The notes: generated by a model from the sequence alone, not told the origin. A DNA stretch of 64,000 nt from Hormiphora californensis (GCA_020137815.1 CM035362.1:4898001-4962000); one strand, 5' to 3'. Numbered from the stretch's first letter, positions 39,116 through 54,015 are shown. Numbers and translations: made by a program.

Positions 39116-42100
39116 ATGACGTTTCTCCTTGTTTTTCTACTAAATGTATTCCGAGCAGTTACATCGCACTACGAAGGGTAGGTTGGCTATCAAAATGTGA
39201 TAATTAATCCCCACATTTGTAATCTTAAGATCTGATCAGTTGAAGTCTATAGCTTTTTGAAATGTGGCGATTAAAAGTGTAAAATTGTATAATTTATAAT
39301 TGTGGGTATTAATTAACTCCTGGGAACAGACCTTGTTTTTGTTCTCAACGACAGTGCGCTCAGATAGGGTCGGCGTTGCCATGCAGCAATAGATATGACA
39401 GCAACATTTATCCATATCGACCTTCGAATATATTCCTTATGATGATGTTTATCCAATAGATCTTGGCATTTTGCCCGAGACGAGCATATCACGGATGAAA
39501 AAGACGGATATGAATTCCTGAAATTATGTCAGACCTATATATAGGTCTGACATAATTTCAGGAATTCATATTATATATTATTATAATAATAAAAGCCGTA
39601 TGATCGGTAAGGCGGGGTATTAAATAACTGATCATTATTTACCGCCCAATGAGCTATATCTGGAGCGGTGCCAGACCCCGATTTTATTCTCAATGCGCTG
39701 CACAGATGCAGGGGTCCGCGGCGCTGGATAGCCAATCTATGGAATATTGGCACTGGAAAAATCGTGCAATTAATTGGTAGATTACCATAATGTTAAGTCA
39801 TGTCAGTCCCCCCCCCCCCCTGGAGAAAAGTTGGGTCATCCCTGGTGTACGATGTTGATAACAACACCGTTTTGTGAAAGCTGGTACTTGTTTGATGTAC
39901 AATATATTTTCAGGGATAAAGTTTTTAGAATTGAAATTGACAGTGCGAAGCAGTTAACTGATATTTCACAGTTCATCATACACACACAGAACACGGTAAT
40001 TGATCTGCTAACTGCACATGGTGTTCCCCCACAAATGACGCCCCCTCTCCCCCATAAAATTGTCAATTGTGGGCCACAGTTGACATTTGATTTTGACGCC
40101 CCAGGCAGTGACGCCTCCCCCATTACAGTTAGACTATAACACCCCCCCCCCCCCCCAATTACAGTTAGACTACTGATCACAATACACCCCCTCCCCCCAT
40201 TTACAGTTAGACTACCACCCCCCCCCCTTACAGTTAGACTACTGGTCACAATACCCCCCCCCCCCCCCCCATTACAGTTAGACTACCCCCCCCCCCCCCC
40301 CATTTACAGTTATACTAACCCCCCCCCCCCCCCCCAATTACAGTTAGACTACTGGTCACAATACACCCCCTCCCCCCATTTACAGTTAGACTACCCCCCC
40401 CCCCCTTACAGTTAGACTACTGGTCACAAAACCCCCCCCCCCCCCCCCCACCCCATTTACAGTTAGACTACCCCCCCCCCCCATTTACAGTTATACTAAC
40501 CCCCCCCTATTTACAGTTATACTAACCCCCCCCCCCCCCCCTTAACAGTTAGACTACTGGTAACAATACCCCCCCCCCCCCCACCCCATTTACAGTTAGA
40601 CTACCCCCCCCCCCCCCCCCCCCCCCCCATTTACAGTTATACTAACCCCCCCCCCCCCCTTACAGTTAGACTACTGGTAACAATACCCCCCCCCCCCACC
40701 CCATTTACAGTTATACTACCCCCCCCCCCCCCCATTTACAGTTATACTAACCCCCCCCCCCCCCCCCTATTTGCAGTTAGACTACTGGTCAACGGAACTC
40801 CACCCTGGGGGACACGTAGATGTGAGAATACCGCGTAACTCCCTTTACACACTAGCTGACCCACTACTAAACGGTTAGTAATCATTGGGCACCATAGTCC
40901 TGCTCGCCGGCCCACGGTACCCCAACCTGTCCCATCAAACCCTAGAGGGAAATCATACGACTCTTACTGCAGTTAGCGACAATTGACAAAACAGACAGCA
41001 TAACTCTTTTAAGCGACAGTGCTGTGTGTTCTCTCAAAACTCTTATTCTTAGTGAGCAACAGGGAAAAGAATTGGGGAGAGAAAGTGAGAGACAGGGTGC
41101 CCCCTTGAGAGAGATTATCTCGCGCGGCGCATTGGCACGTGCGGTTTGGGCGCTGGCAGGCTTTTACATGTTGCAACATGTAAAAGCCTGCCAGCGCCCA
41201 AACCGCACGTGCCAGAGCGCCGCGCGTTACTATCTTGCTCTCTCTCACTCACTAGCTGCATTCTGATTGGCTGTTATCGATCACATGTACGCAGTCACAG
41301 GCTATCCCAGTGCACTAGGACTTATCACGTGACCTTTCACGTGACCAGATTCTGTGATCCCCCGTCAGTTAAGAGTTTTAAGAGTTTATACGTCGCTAAG
41401 TAGCGGCGCTTACCACACAAGAGAATGGAATCACCATTCTCTTACTCTTGATATCTCTTACAAGAAAATAAGAGTTATTTTGGAAAACAGTCAGCACCTG
41501 TCGCTTACTCCAGTAAGCGATTGCGAAATCAATCAGCACCTGCTAACTTCAGTAAGAGTCGTATGATATCCCTCCTACCCGCCCCACCTTACCTGCCCCG
41601 CCCTGTTCCACCTCACCCCAACCTGTTCCACCCCACCCTATTCCACCCCACCCATCCTGCCCACCCTGCCCTACCCTACCCCACCCCACCCCACTCTGTT
41701 CCACCCCACCCATCCTGCCCACCCTACCCACCCCGCTCTGTTCCACCCCACCTCACACCAATCTGTGGTCGGCAGCTGTGCCTTATATCCCATGATACTT
41801 TACAGGCACAAGAATATCAATAAAGATAGAGGATGTGGGGACGTTTCTAAAGCAATCCCTGCCGACAGAACGAAGAAGAGACAGACAGAAAAGGTAAAGA
41901 TTTTTACAACTTTCAGAATTCTGAAGAAAGTATCTTTTGGTTGAAGTATGGTTCATATGTGCTTTCTTTTTATTCTAAAACACAGCGTCAAGCGACTCTA
42001 CCTTTGAAGCTTTTCGTACTGAAAAGTTGAATTGTTCTTACTTTCTTTTTATTCTAAAGCACGGAAACAGTGTCAAGCGACTCTACCTTTTGAAGATTTT

Positions 42101-45100
42101 CGTACTGAATATATTCAGATCGGACAAGTTCAAAGTGGGAAGATATATCTTCCCACTCTGAACTTGTCCGATCTGATTGCGACACATCTGCAACCAAATA
42201 TAGTCTGCAACCAAATATAGTATGCAACCAAATATGGTCTGTAACCTAATATGCCCCCCCCCCCCCCCATCGATCAGAGCTGGTAACAAAGTATCGGGAG
42301 ATCAAGATGAAGTGTATACTAAAAGATACAAGTATACGACGTATAATAGTGGAGCTGCCATACAAAGGTGAGATTCTCACTGACAATGAACAATCACTGT
42401 AACCTGAATAACATGTTGAAAATGCAACTTAGGATTCGAGTCCTGAATGGGAAAGAGTTTTCAGGATTCGAGTCCTGAATGGGAAAGAGTTTTCAGGATT
42501 CGAGTCCTGAATGGGAAAGAGTTTTCAGGATTCGATTCCTGAGTGGGAAAGTTGTTAATTAATTAGTTATTAATTAATTAACTCTATGATATCTTTGTTT
42601 CAGAGAGCTATACCGGCTAGCTAATCAGTTTGATAACATTACCAAGTTAATTAGCGTGGGGACGACATTCCATAATCGACCAATTATAGTCATGGAAATA
42701 TCGGTAGGTGATCGTAATTACAGTATTATATTATTTTGGGTAGTCTTTATCGTGTATAGTTATCAGTCTAGCAAGTTTTCAATTTTTTCTCATTCATTGA
42801 CTATAGGCTGTCCCATCCCCGATTTGCAAGGTTCATCAGATAAGGAATTTGCCATGCTATTATCTCACCTCACTCAACAGGGGTTTACTTTGGGGTACCT
42901 GAGTGAGATCGACGTCGCGCGCGACTGAGATCGATCTCACATACATCGGCGAGAATAGGTTGCAATATGGCTCCAAGGTAAGGGTTTACTTTGGGGTACC
43001 ATTGCCACCTATAACTCGCTTTGTGGGATCGATCTCGCACAGGTGGCCATGTCACCCAGGATTTACGTTTATGACAATCACTTCCAGTTTTGAGAGTCAC
43101 ATTTACTAGATGATTTAGCGCACATGTTTCAGGGGACGAACAGGACGGGTCAGGTTCCCCTCGTTTGGATCGATGCAGGCCTTCACGCCCGGGAGTGGAT
43201 CACTGTGGCTAGCTGCATGACTCTCATCAGAACGGTCAGTAAAACTGTATGACTCTCATCAGAACGGTCAGTGTTAGTACTACTAGAGGGGGGTTGTATT
43301 TTATACTAGATACCCACGTGTACTCACCACGTGTCTGGCATGTTTCGAACTGCATGACTCTCATCAGAACGGTTAGTGTTAGTAGTCGAGGGGGGGGTTA
43401 GAGCACCGGGAGATATAATGAGCAAACATACACACACGATCAGTAAAACATTCTCTTAGTGAATGCATGTGTCAGAACGGTCAGTAAAACAGCTGAGCAA
43501 TTTACAAAAAGTACGGGTACTTTTTCCCCGCGATGGTATATATCTACCCGGGTACTTTTTGTAAGTCCCTTACATCTTCTCAGTAAATATGTTTGAACCC
43601 TAGTTCTCACGTGTCTGGCATGTCACCAGCTACAACAGTACGCGCTCAGATCAGGTTAAACAGCTGATCACTCACTTACACAGCGCCTCGCTCCGCAATG
43701 GCTATAACATTTTATGAGTCTCAGTGTTTTGAGTATTTCATACCGCAGACCTTATAGTACCTTCTAGCTTTTTATCAACCCCCACCCCAATTTGCTCTGT
43801 CTGGCGGCGCCCGATTTGATTCTCAGATCGGGTCCGCACCACCAGACAGCCCAAGCTAAACAAGCGTAGAAAGACTTCAACCCTCGACAAGCCCCATTCC
43901 CCAGGTCATGATCCCCGCATGTGACATGTCACATATTATCACTAATTATAACGACCCTGACACATGTTGTCATGACAACCCTGACACATGACACATGTTG
44001 TCATGACAACCCTGACACATGTCACATATTGTCATGACAACCCTACCTCCAATTACAGTTGCTGGAGGGATATGGTAGCAATGCGCGGATCACAGAAATG
44101 CTGAACAATGTCAAGTTTGCAATTCAACCCCTGGCGAATCCTGATGGATATGCTTACTCTTGGAACGTAAGTTAATACAGTTGTAATATATCATACGTGT
44201 CTACCCCGGTCTGGATTTTACTAAACCCCTCAATCTTTCAATGGAAATCACTCAAACAGGAATTATTGTTATGCTTCAAATGTCTTATGTCTTATATGTA
44301 ACTAAGAAATCTCGAGTTCGCTTTTCGTGCTTTTAGCACTAGAGTCCGCTTATCCAAATTTGTACCTGCACATTCCCACAGACTGAGAGGTTATGGCGAA
44401 AGAACAGATCGCCAACAAACATCGCCTGGTGTCGAGGTGTCGATCTAAACCGAAACTTTGATATCAACTTTGGGGGAACGGGTGCTAGTGACATGAGTTG
44501 TTCAGAGGTCTACGCAGGTCCCAATGCCTTCTCGGAAAGCGAAAGTCAAGCTATCGCCAGGTACAATTCCTTACAATCAGGAACCGACCGAAACAAGTAA
44601 ACATCCAATCAGAACTCGTTATTTAGGTCACGTGACTGATTTTCAGCCAATCAGGGATCAGTATTTCCTGATTCAGTCGGTTCCTGGCGACCACTCTCAG
44701 TGCTCCGTTCAGCGATGCACGCTAGAATTTTATACGCGATGTGCCTGATAGAATTTTATTTGCGTTTAACTCCAGACTGCAGTTAAATTGTTTTCCACAG
44801 GTACCTAGCGTCCGTTCAACTCCAGACTATAACAGTTAAATTGTTTTCCACAGGTACCTAGCGTCCGTTCGTCACAAACTAATGGGATACTTCTCTCTCC
44901 ATTCATACGGGCAAATGTGGCTAACACCGCTCAGTTACACCCGGAAACGAGTCAGTGACAGAGGCGCTCATGTGAGTAACATGCACCATGGTTACCATGG
45001 TTACCTTGGTTACCATGGTTACCTTGGTTACCTTGGTTACCTTGGTTACCATGGTTACCTTGGTTACCATTACGTCTTTTAGTTAACGGTGACATATAAA

Positions 45101-48100
45101 ATATAAACGATATCTCGCATGTCACCAAATCCTCCCCCATTATCCCCAGATGCAAGTAGCTCAGCACGCCACCCAGTCCATCAAGGAATCCTCGGGGGTT
45201 GGTTACACGTATGGCCCAGCTACTGCTCTCATGTGTAAGTGTGAAATATGCTGCTTGGCGGTATGGTATGATCATCAGGAACCGACCGAAACAAGTAAAC
45301 AACCAATCAGAACTCGCTATTTACTATTTAGGTCACGTGACTGGTTATCAGCCAATCATTTTGTGGAGGGGTAATTTCATTACCAACTAAAGGTGCGAGC
45401 TCAAAACTGGTTGATCATAACTAACAGTGACTCTGACTGATATCGTGCTGACATTGACAATGTACAACTATCCTTGTCCAATATTAGACTGCCCCTTATT
45501 ATAATAATAGTCTCCGTACGTGAGGCTGCGTAGCGTATGCGATGTTAGAGTCTGTCGCCTGACAAACAAAAAGAGTGGGCAACTAACTAACACACATACT
45601 TCAGATGTTACAAGAGTGGGCAACTAACTATACACAAACTGCAGGAACCGACCGAATCTGGAAATACTGGTCCCTGATTGGCTGATAACCAGTCACGTGA
45701 CCTAAATAACGAGTTCTGATTGGTTGTTTACTTGTGTCGGTCGGTTCCTGCAGTCCTAATGACTGCATCTCTTCCCATGGGAAAGTCATGGGTTCCTGAC
45801 TAAAACATACTTCAGATGTAACAAGCGGAGATTCATCAGACTGGGTCTATACAAAACTGAACTGCAGTCATACTTATGGAATAGAGCTGGGAGACAATGG
45901 TCGATATGGATTCATCCTTCCTCCATCTTATATCCTCCCCACAGGTATAATTCAAGTATGTATACCATACAGGGTGTCCCATATATTCTCCGGGTCGGTT
46001 GGCGAGCTGTCACGCAAAAACGGTGATAGTTGAGTGAAAACAAACTGTGGGAGTGTGCTGGATTAATTCCTTCCTAGCTGATGGCTTTGTTTTAAAATTA
46101 AATTTCAAAAGTTCATTTTTCATGAATGAACATTTCTGCCGTTCATTCATGAATTCTGAAATATTGTTTACCTTGAGTAAGTAACTTTTCTTTGGCTCGC
46201 AATTATCTTTCCATTGATCACCATAAAACTCAAATTGAAGCACCAGGTCACATGACAGTTGAGAAAATGAACATGCATGATTTTGGCTCTTTTTGCGACT
46301 TTCAATCGGCTGTATCACCGCTACCTTATCTTCAATCTTTTTGAAACTTTGGGTGAACATTGGATAAGCAAAGATCATTGCTCACAAGAAAAATCAAGGT
46401 CAAAACTCAAAGTTCATTTTTAAGTTTTGGTAGTTCATTCCACTCATTCAGGAACCAACAACCCTAAAGTGATGGAAAAGTGTTGGATTTTGTTTGGCCA
46501 ATGTCCTGCAATGACAGAGAGGTGTAGTAACGCGCGCGTGTTTCCGGGCTAGTTAGTGGGTGTCCATGTGATCTTGGTGATACCTGACACCTTCACTGAG
46601 CAATAATCAAGGGATTTTCTCAAATAAAAGCATGTGATTCGGGTCTACTGCGATTGGTATCGTGCAGCAATCTTGAGAGATCACATAGCACCTCAAAAAT
46701 GATGATAAGTTCAATAAATTGAGTTGATTTATGATCAATAAGATTAAAACCGATGCCACATTGAACTCAACGACCATTTTCGATCATAAATCAACTCATT
46801 TCATTGAACTAACCATCATTTTCGAGGGGCTATGAGATCTCTTAACATTGCTGCACGATACCAATCGCAGAAAACCCAAATCACATGCTTGAATTCGTGA
46901 AAATCCCTTGATTATTGCTCAGTGAAGGTGTCAGGTATCACCAAGATCACATGGACACCCACTAACTAGCCCGGAAACACGTTACTACACCTCTCTGTCA
47001 TTGCAGGACATTGGCCAAACAAAATCCAACACTTTTCCATCACTTTAGGGTTGTTGGTTCCTGAATGAGTGGAATGAACTACCAAAACTTAAAAATGAAC
47101 TTTGAGTTTTGACCTTGATTTTTCTTGTGAGCAAAGATCTTTGCTTATCCAATGTTCACCCAAAGTTTCAAAAAGATTGAAGATAAGGTAGCGGTGATAC
47201 AGCCGATTGAAAGTCGCAAAAAGAGCCAAAATCATGCATGTTCATTTTCTCAACTGTTATGTGACCTGGTGCTTCAATTTGAGTTTTATGGTGCTCATTG
47301 GAAAGATAATTGCGAGCCAAAGAAAAGTTACTTACTCAAGGTAAACAATATTTCAGAATTCATGAATGAACGGCAGCAATGTTCATTCATGAAAAATGAA
47401 CTTTTGAAATTTAATTTTAAAACAAAGCCATCAGCTAGGAAGGAATTAATCCAGCACACTCCCACAGTTTGTTTTCACTCAACTATCACCGTTTTTGCGT
47501 GACAGCTCGCCAACCGACCCGGAGAATATATGGGACACCCTGTATATGGTATCTATATATGACCATATATGGTCTTGCTGCCTGTAAATTACCCGTATAA
47601 CGCTAGTATCTAAAGTAGTGCAGGCCTGAATCTCAGTTGGAATCGATAGAGGGGACCACCTCTAGGAGGAAATTGGTGGTGGAAAACCTTAGAATATTTT
47701 GGAATATTTTAGTACTTTCTACATTTTATTTGGGGCTTTTCCATATTCCAAAATATTTCACCGGTGGGTCCCATGGTGGCCACCACCCCCCCCCCCCCCC
47801 CCCAGAACAAACTGTTAAACTATTGTGTGTATCAAACTGGTTAACTTTAAGACTTAATGACTTAATGATGAGTATCAAACATCATGTCGGTATTATATTT
47901 AGCCCATGGGAGCTTCACAGATCCAAGTGATGTCTCCGTCGTGCCCACGGCGAATATTCCACGCACGTCCTCCCTCCCGATTCATATTGAAGGAAACTGT
48001 TGGTAAATCATGGTCCTCCACTGCTTGATTCATTTTGGCAAACTGCTGCAATTTTGGTCCAATAATTCGCATGTCCTCTCGAGTGCAGGAGTTCATTTCA

Positions 48101-51100
48101 GCAAAGTTTTTGGTTGTACGCTGAGCACAGAAAATGCCAGTCCAGTATTCCTCTCCTCGATGTGTGAGAACATTCTGTGTCACCCAATCCCATTCATCCT
48201 TTCTGTTGGGCATGAAAATGTGAGCATTTTGCCTGTTGCAATGTTCCTCAGCGTGTCTGTAATGCTTCCTTCCGTGTTTAGGTCGATTGTCATAGTAACA
48301 GGCGGCCTTATATTCTTTCCATTCTCGAGGGCAAGCGCTGATGGGATTCTGAATCTTGTGCTGGGGTTTCCAGAGGCGAATGGGTCCGTGTGCACCCCTG
48401 CAGTTACCGGGAAGGGGGCGTTTGTAATATCCAGCGAAATCTCCTGAAATAGCTTCAACATTTTTCTGCCCGGCAGTACAATAAGCCTTCTCTGCGGCAT
48501 GAACCGCCACTACTAGGGGAAAACACTAGAGTAAATTTTTTTTAAATTTAAAATTTTTCCCCCATTTTAAAATTTGGGGCCCTTTTTTTTTTAAAAAAAT
48601 TTTTTCCAAAAAAAATTTTTCACCGGTTCCCATGGGGAAAACCCCCCCCCCCCCCCCAACCCTGTTTTTTGGGAAAAAATGAAATTTGAAAAATTTGTTA
48701 AAAAATCAGTGGATTATTTTTCCCCCAGGAAACAGCCTTTTTCCCCTGGGCCCCCCTTTTTTCCCCCCCCCTGATTCATTGGGGGTTTTAAAACCCCCCC
48801 CCGATTTTTTTCAAACGCCTTTTTGGCCCCAAAATTCCCCAGCCCCGAAAAATTAAACCAATTTTGGTTGCCCTCCCTCCCCCCCTTCTCCCCGGGGGAA
48901 AAAATTTTTCACCAATCCCATTACCCCCTTTTTTTTAAAATTTATTTTTTCCTTTTAAAAATTTCCCTTTTCCCCCCTTTTAACCCCCTTTTTATTTTTC
49001 CCCAAACGGGGGGCCCTTATTTCTTTCCATTCTGGGGGGCCGGGGTTTTTGGGGATTTTGTGTTTGGGGTTTTTAAGGGCTCCCCCTTGCACCCCGGGGG
49101 GGGGGGGGGGAACCCCCAAACTCGAATGCTTAAATTTTCTGCCCGGCATACAATTTTTTTTAAACCGCCAAAAGGGCAAACCAAAGAGTGAAATCGAACA
49201 TTTCAAAAGGGTACTATTGAAATGAATCTGTCTGAGTTGCCCATGATAACATAGAGAACAAAATACCGCGTGATCATTTGAAATTTTGGGCCCCCCCTTT
49301 AAAATTTTTTTTTAAAAAAAAAAAAGGGGGCTTTTCCCGGGGGGAAAAAAAATTTTGGGGGGGGGGGGGCCCCCCCCCCCCCTTTTTTTTTAAAAAAAAA
49401 AAAAAAGGGGGGGGGGAAAAACCCCCCCAAAAAAAAAAAAAAGGGGGGGGGGGGGGGGGGAAAAAAAAAAAAAAAAAAAAAACCCCCCCCCCCCCCCCCC
49501 GGGGGGGAAAAAAAAAACCCCCCCCCCCCCCCCCAAAAACCCCCCGCCCCCCTTTTGGGGGGGGCCCCCTTTTTGGGGGGGCCGGGGGGGCCCGGGGGGG
49601 GGGGGGGGCCCCCCCCCCCCCCCAAAAAAAAACGGGGGGGGGGGGGTTTTTTTTTTTCCCCCCCCTTTCCCCGGGGGGGGGGGGGGCCCCCCCCCCCCCC
49701 GGGGGGGGGGGAAAAAAAAAAGGTTTTGCGCCTTCTCCTTTATCTTTTTTGCCCGTTTTTTTTTTGGGGTTTTCCCCCCCCCTTTGTTTTTTCCTTTCTT
49801 TTTCCCCCCCCCCCTATTTTTTTTTTTTTTTTTTTCTTTTCCCCTTTTCCCTCTTACAAGAAAATTTCCCCCCTTTTTAAGAATGGGAGGGGGAAAAAAG
49901 GGGGGTTTGGGGCTTTTCTCCCTAAAAAAGGGGTGGGGGGTGGTTTTGGGGGGAGGCCCAGGGATCAGGGGCTATTTTTTGGGATGGTTGTGGTTGGATG
50001 GGGTTGTTTGTCTTCTCCCACTCACCCAGGTCCTGTACAGGGTACACAATTCAGCCATACCGTCATGACAGTGCCGGTTTGAGAAAAACTGGGGTCAAAC
50101 AAGGGTCAGCGTTAAGAGCTGTTTCTTTCTAGTGTAACACCAACAGAGATGGTCTATTACCAAGAAAGGGGAATATGCCGCACAGAGGAAGCAACAACAA
50201 AAAAAACGCTGCCAAAATCGCTAATTGTAATTAGCCAATTAGAGCACGCGCGGCTCAAATTACTTCCTGAAAATTCTTCTAAACAGCACCAAATCGCTGA
50301 ACCAATCACAGAGACTCAGCACGGCCGCCAGATTAGAGTTCTGAAGTTCAGAGAGGGCTGACAAGAAGTAATTTGAGCCGCGCGTGATCTAAGGGTCACC
50401 ACACACCAAAGTTAAAATTAAAATTAAAATTTGACGTTTTTGGTCATAACTCTGCCATTTCTTGGCAAAATTGCTTCATTTTGGGCTTGTTGGAAAGAGG
50501 GCATCGAGCCCGTTCTGAACAGCCCAAGAAACTTGAAATCGGCGCAAAGTGCGCGGCGTTAAGGCGCATAATGTGCGCGTTAAAATTTTAAAATTTTAAC
50601 ACACACATTTTGCACTGTAACGCCGCGCACTTTGCGCCGATTTCAAGTTTCTTGGGCTGTTCAGAACGGGCTCGATGCCCTCTTTCCAACAAGCCCAAAA
50701 TGAAGCAATTCTGCTAAGAAATGGCGGAGTTATGACCAAAAACGTCAAATTTTAACTTTAATTTTAACTTTGGTGTGTGGTGACCCTAATTGGCCAATTA
50801 CAATTAGCGATTTCGGCAGCGGTTCCCGATTGAGTTGAAGCATGAGCTTGGGCGCATTCGAAAGCTGAGATTATGTAAAATTCAGAATGTCGATGCTTGA
50901 TATATTTCACGGGTGTCGTAACTGGCCTCGGGTTGAACTTTGAAGTCTCCTTGGTGACTTTGAGGGGCTCCTGGGGCCCGGGAGGCGTGTACCTATGTTT
51001 TGTGGGACTCCAATAGCATGCTTGTTACGATGGAGTGCTCAAAATAAACTCCATGTCGCCAACTATGTTGGTGACATTGACACCTAGTGCGTGCGAGATC

Positions 51101-53756
51101 GAGGTCGCGCACGGTGTCTATGTCACCAAACCAACTGTGGATGTTGTCAATGTGAACTCATCGTTTGGTTGCTATAATGAACAAACTGTTTTAAATTACA
51201 TTTCTAATGGTAAACTTTGTGAGCATGTCGGTATTATATTTAGCCCATGGGAGCTTCACAGATCCAGGCGTGTCCTCCGTCGTCTCCATGGCGATGGTAC
51301 CATGCACGTCCTCCCCCCCGATTCATATCGAAGGAAGTTGTTGGAGTATTGTGTTCATTAACGCCGCCATGCTGTTTTGCGAACTGCTTTAATTTTGGTC
51401 CTATAACACGCATGTCCTCTCGGGTGCAAGTGTACATTTTGGCGAAGTCTGTTGTATCACGCTGAGCACAGAAAATGCCAAGCCAGTAATAGTCTCCTCG
51501 GTGTGTGATAACATTCTGTGTCACCCAATCAAATTCCTCCTTATTGTTGGGCATGAAGATGTGAGCATTGCGCCTGTTGCATTCATCCTCAGCTTGTCTA
51601 TATTGCTTTTCTCCATGTTGACGTCGACCGTCCCAGTAACAGGCACTCTTGTATTGTTTCCACTCTCTAGGGCAAGCGCTGATGGGATTCCGAATCTTAT
51701 GCTGGGGTTTCCAGTTGGCCATGGATCCGTGTGCACCCCTGCAGTTACCAGGTAGGGGACGTTGGTAGTAGCCACCGAAATCTCCTGACATAGCTTTACC
51801 ATTTTTCATAGCTTCAGCTATTAGGGATATCATACGACTCTTACTAGTAGAGTCGATAACTACATCGACCTCTCCCAATTGTTCCAGTTTTTGTCACATC
51901 TGTTTGGAGCCTCGACACGACCTCTAAACAGGTGTTACTTTTTCACAAACTGTTTTCATCTTGGTGTAATCAGCAGTTGAAATGTTGCTAATCATAACAA
52001 AAACCTGACTAAATTTTTTCAACTTGGGGTAAAACCATGGGTGTCAAAAGTTAGCTCTAGGTCCCCTGAGTAACCATCCGGAGACTCCAAGAGATATTTC
52101 AAGCCGTTCTCCTGTAATCATTAATCCCGGTAGAGCACATATTTGAGTATGGACGTACGTGCAATTGCCTACAACCTCAACTTTAATGTATAACGTTAAT
52201 GTGCGTCTCTCTCTTTTCTCCCCCTTGACACACCAGTTACACCAGCGTCCCCCTGATATCAGGGGGACGCTCCCTGATATCAGGGCACGGCGCGTTCCTG
52301 CATGCCCGGCCATCATGTGCAGATGGTTCTGTGGGAACCATGTGACACTGCTGCGCGTGACGTAAATTGTATGGAAAGTAGTACTAGCGCGCACCGTCAG
52401 CACTCACTTGCTTGCCGACCTTGGCAACTGCCGTGCTTGGGAACTGATGCCTGGGAATCTCTAACTGGTGCCTTAGAAAGAGTTATCTCGCGCGGCGCAA
52501 CCGCACGTGCGGTTTTTCCAGAGAGAGTGAGAGACATACAATAACATGTAAACAGCCTGCCAGCGCTCACGTACGTCCGCATTGTATTTTTTTCTCCACC
52601 GGGATTAATGATTACGGGAGAACGGCTTGAAATATCTCTTAGAGTCTCCGGATGGTTACTCAGGGGACCTAGACCTAACTTTTGACACCCATGGTTTTAC
52701 CCCAAGTTGAAAAAATTTAGTCAGGTTTTTGTTATGATTAGCAACATTTCAACTGCTGATTACACCAAGATGAAAACAGTTTGTGAAAAAGTAACACCTG
52801 TTTAGAGGTCGTGTCGAGGCTCCAAACAGATGTGACAAAAACTGAAACAATTGGGAGAGGTCGATGTAGTTATCGACTCTACTATACTGAAGTTAGCAGG
52901 TGCTGATTGATTTCGCAATCGCTTACTGGAGTAAGCGACAGGTGCTGACTGTTTTCCAAAATAACTCTTATTTTCTTGTAAGAGATATCAAGAGTAAGAG
53001 AATGGTGATTCCATTCTCTTGTGTGGTAAGCGCCGCTACTTAGCGACGTATAAACTCTTAAAACTCTTAACTGACCGGGGATCACAGCATCTGGTCACGT
53101 GAAAGGTCACGTGATGAGTCCTAGTGCACAGGGATAGCCTGTGACTGCGTACATGTGATCGATAACAGCCAATCAGAATGCAGCTAGTGAGTGAGAGAGA
53201 GCAAGATAGTAACGCGCGGCGCTCTGGCACGTGCGGTTTGGGCGCTGGCAGGCTTTTACATGTTGCAACATGTAAAAGCCTGCCAGCGCCCAAACCGCAC
53301 GTGCCAATGCGCCGCGCGAGATAATCTCTCTCAAGGGGGCACCCTGTCTCTCACTTTCTCTCCCCAATTCTTTTCCCTGTTGCTCACTAAGAATAAGAGT
53401 TTTGAGAAATTACACAGCACTGTCGCTTAAAAGAGTTATGCTGTCTGTTTTCTCGATTGTCGCTAACTGCAGTAAGAGTCGTATGATTTCCCTCATAGCT
53501 TCAACATTTTTCTGACCGGCAGTACAATAAGCCTTCTCTGCGGCATGAACCGCCACCACTAGGGCAACACAACTGAGAACAAGAAATCGTAACATTTCAA
53601 AAGGGTACTACTTGAGAACTGAATCTGTCTGAGTTGCACAGTGATCATATAGAACAAGAATATACCGCGTGATTCATTTGTAAATTTTATGCAGCGTACA
53701 ATTTCCTCATCGCATCATTTTCTAAGAAAAATTTTCTAAGAAACTTTCTTCTCTCT

Positions 53757-53791
<35 letters not shown>

Positions 53792-53879
53792 CTTCTCTCT
53801 CTCTCCTCTCCTCGTCTCTATCTGCTCTCTCTCTCTCTCTCTTCCTCTCTCTCTCTCTCTCATCTCTCTCTTCAACCCG

Positions 53880-53943
<64 letters not shown>

Positions 53944-53982
53944 CTCTCTCTCTCTCTATTTCTCTCTATCTCTCTCTCTATC

Positions 53983-54015
<33 letters not shown>

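Noticed and set aside
46010-47502. Mirror ORF pair as a transposase
   Set aside because: These are arms of a foldback MITE; no DDE/D or HTH motifs recognisable.
48600-49280. Counting copy B as a genuine extra lectin paralog
   Set aside because: Begins exactly where copy A becomes corrupted and duplicates A's flank; cannot be distinguished from an assembly duplication.
49278-50000. Poly-G/K/P/F ORFs
   Set aside because: Pure homopolymer noise; sequencing artefact.
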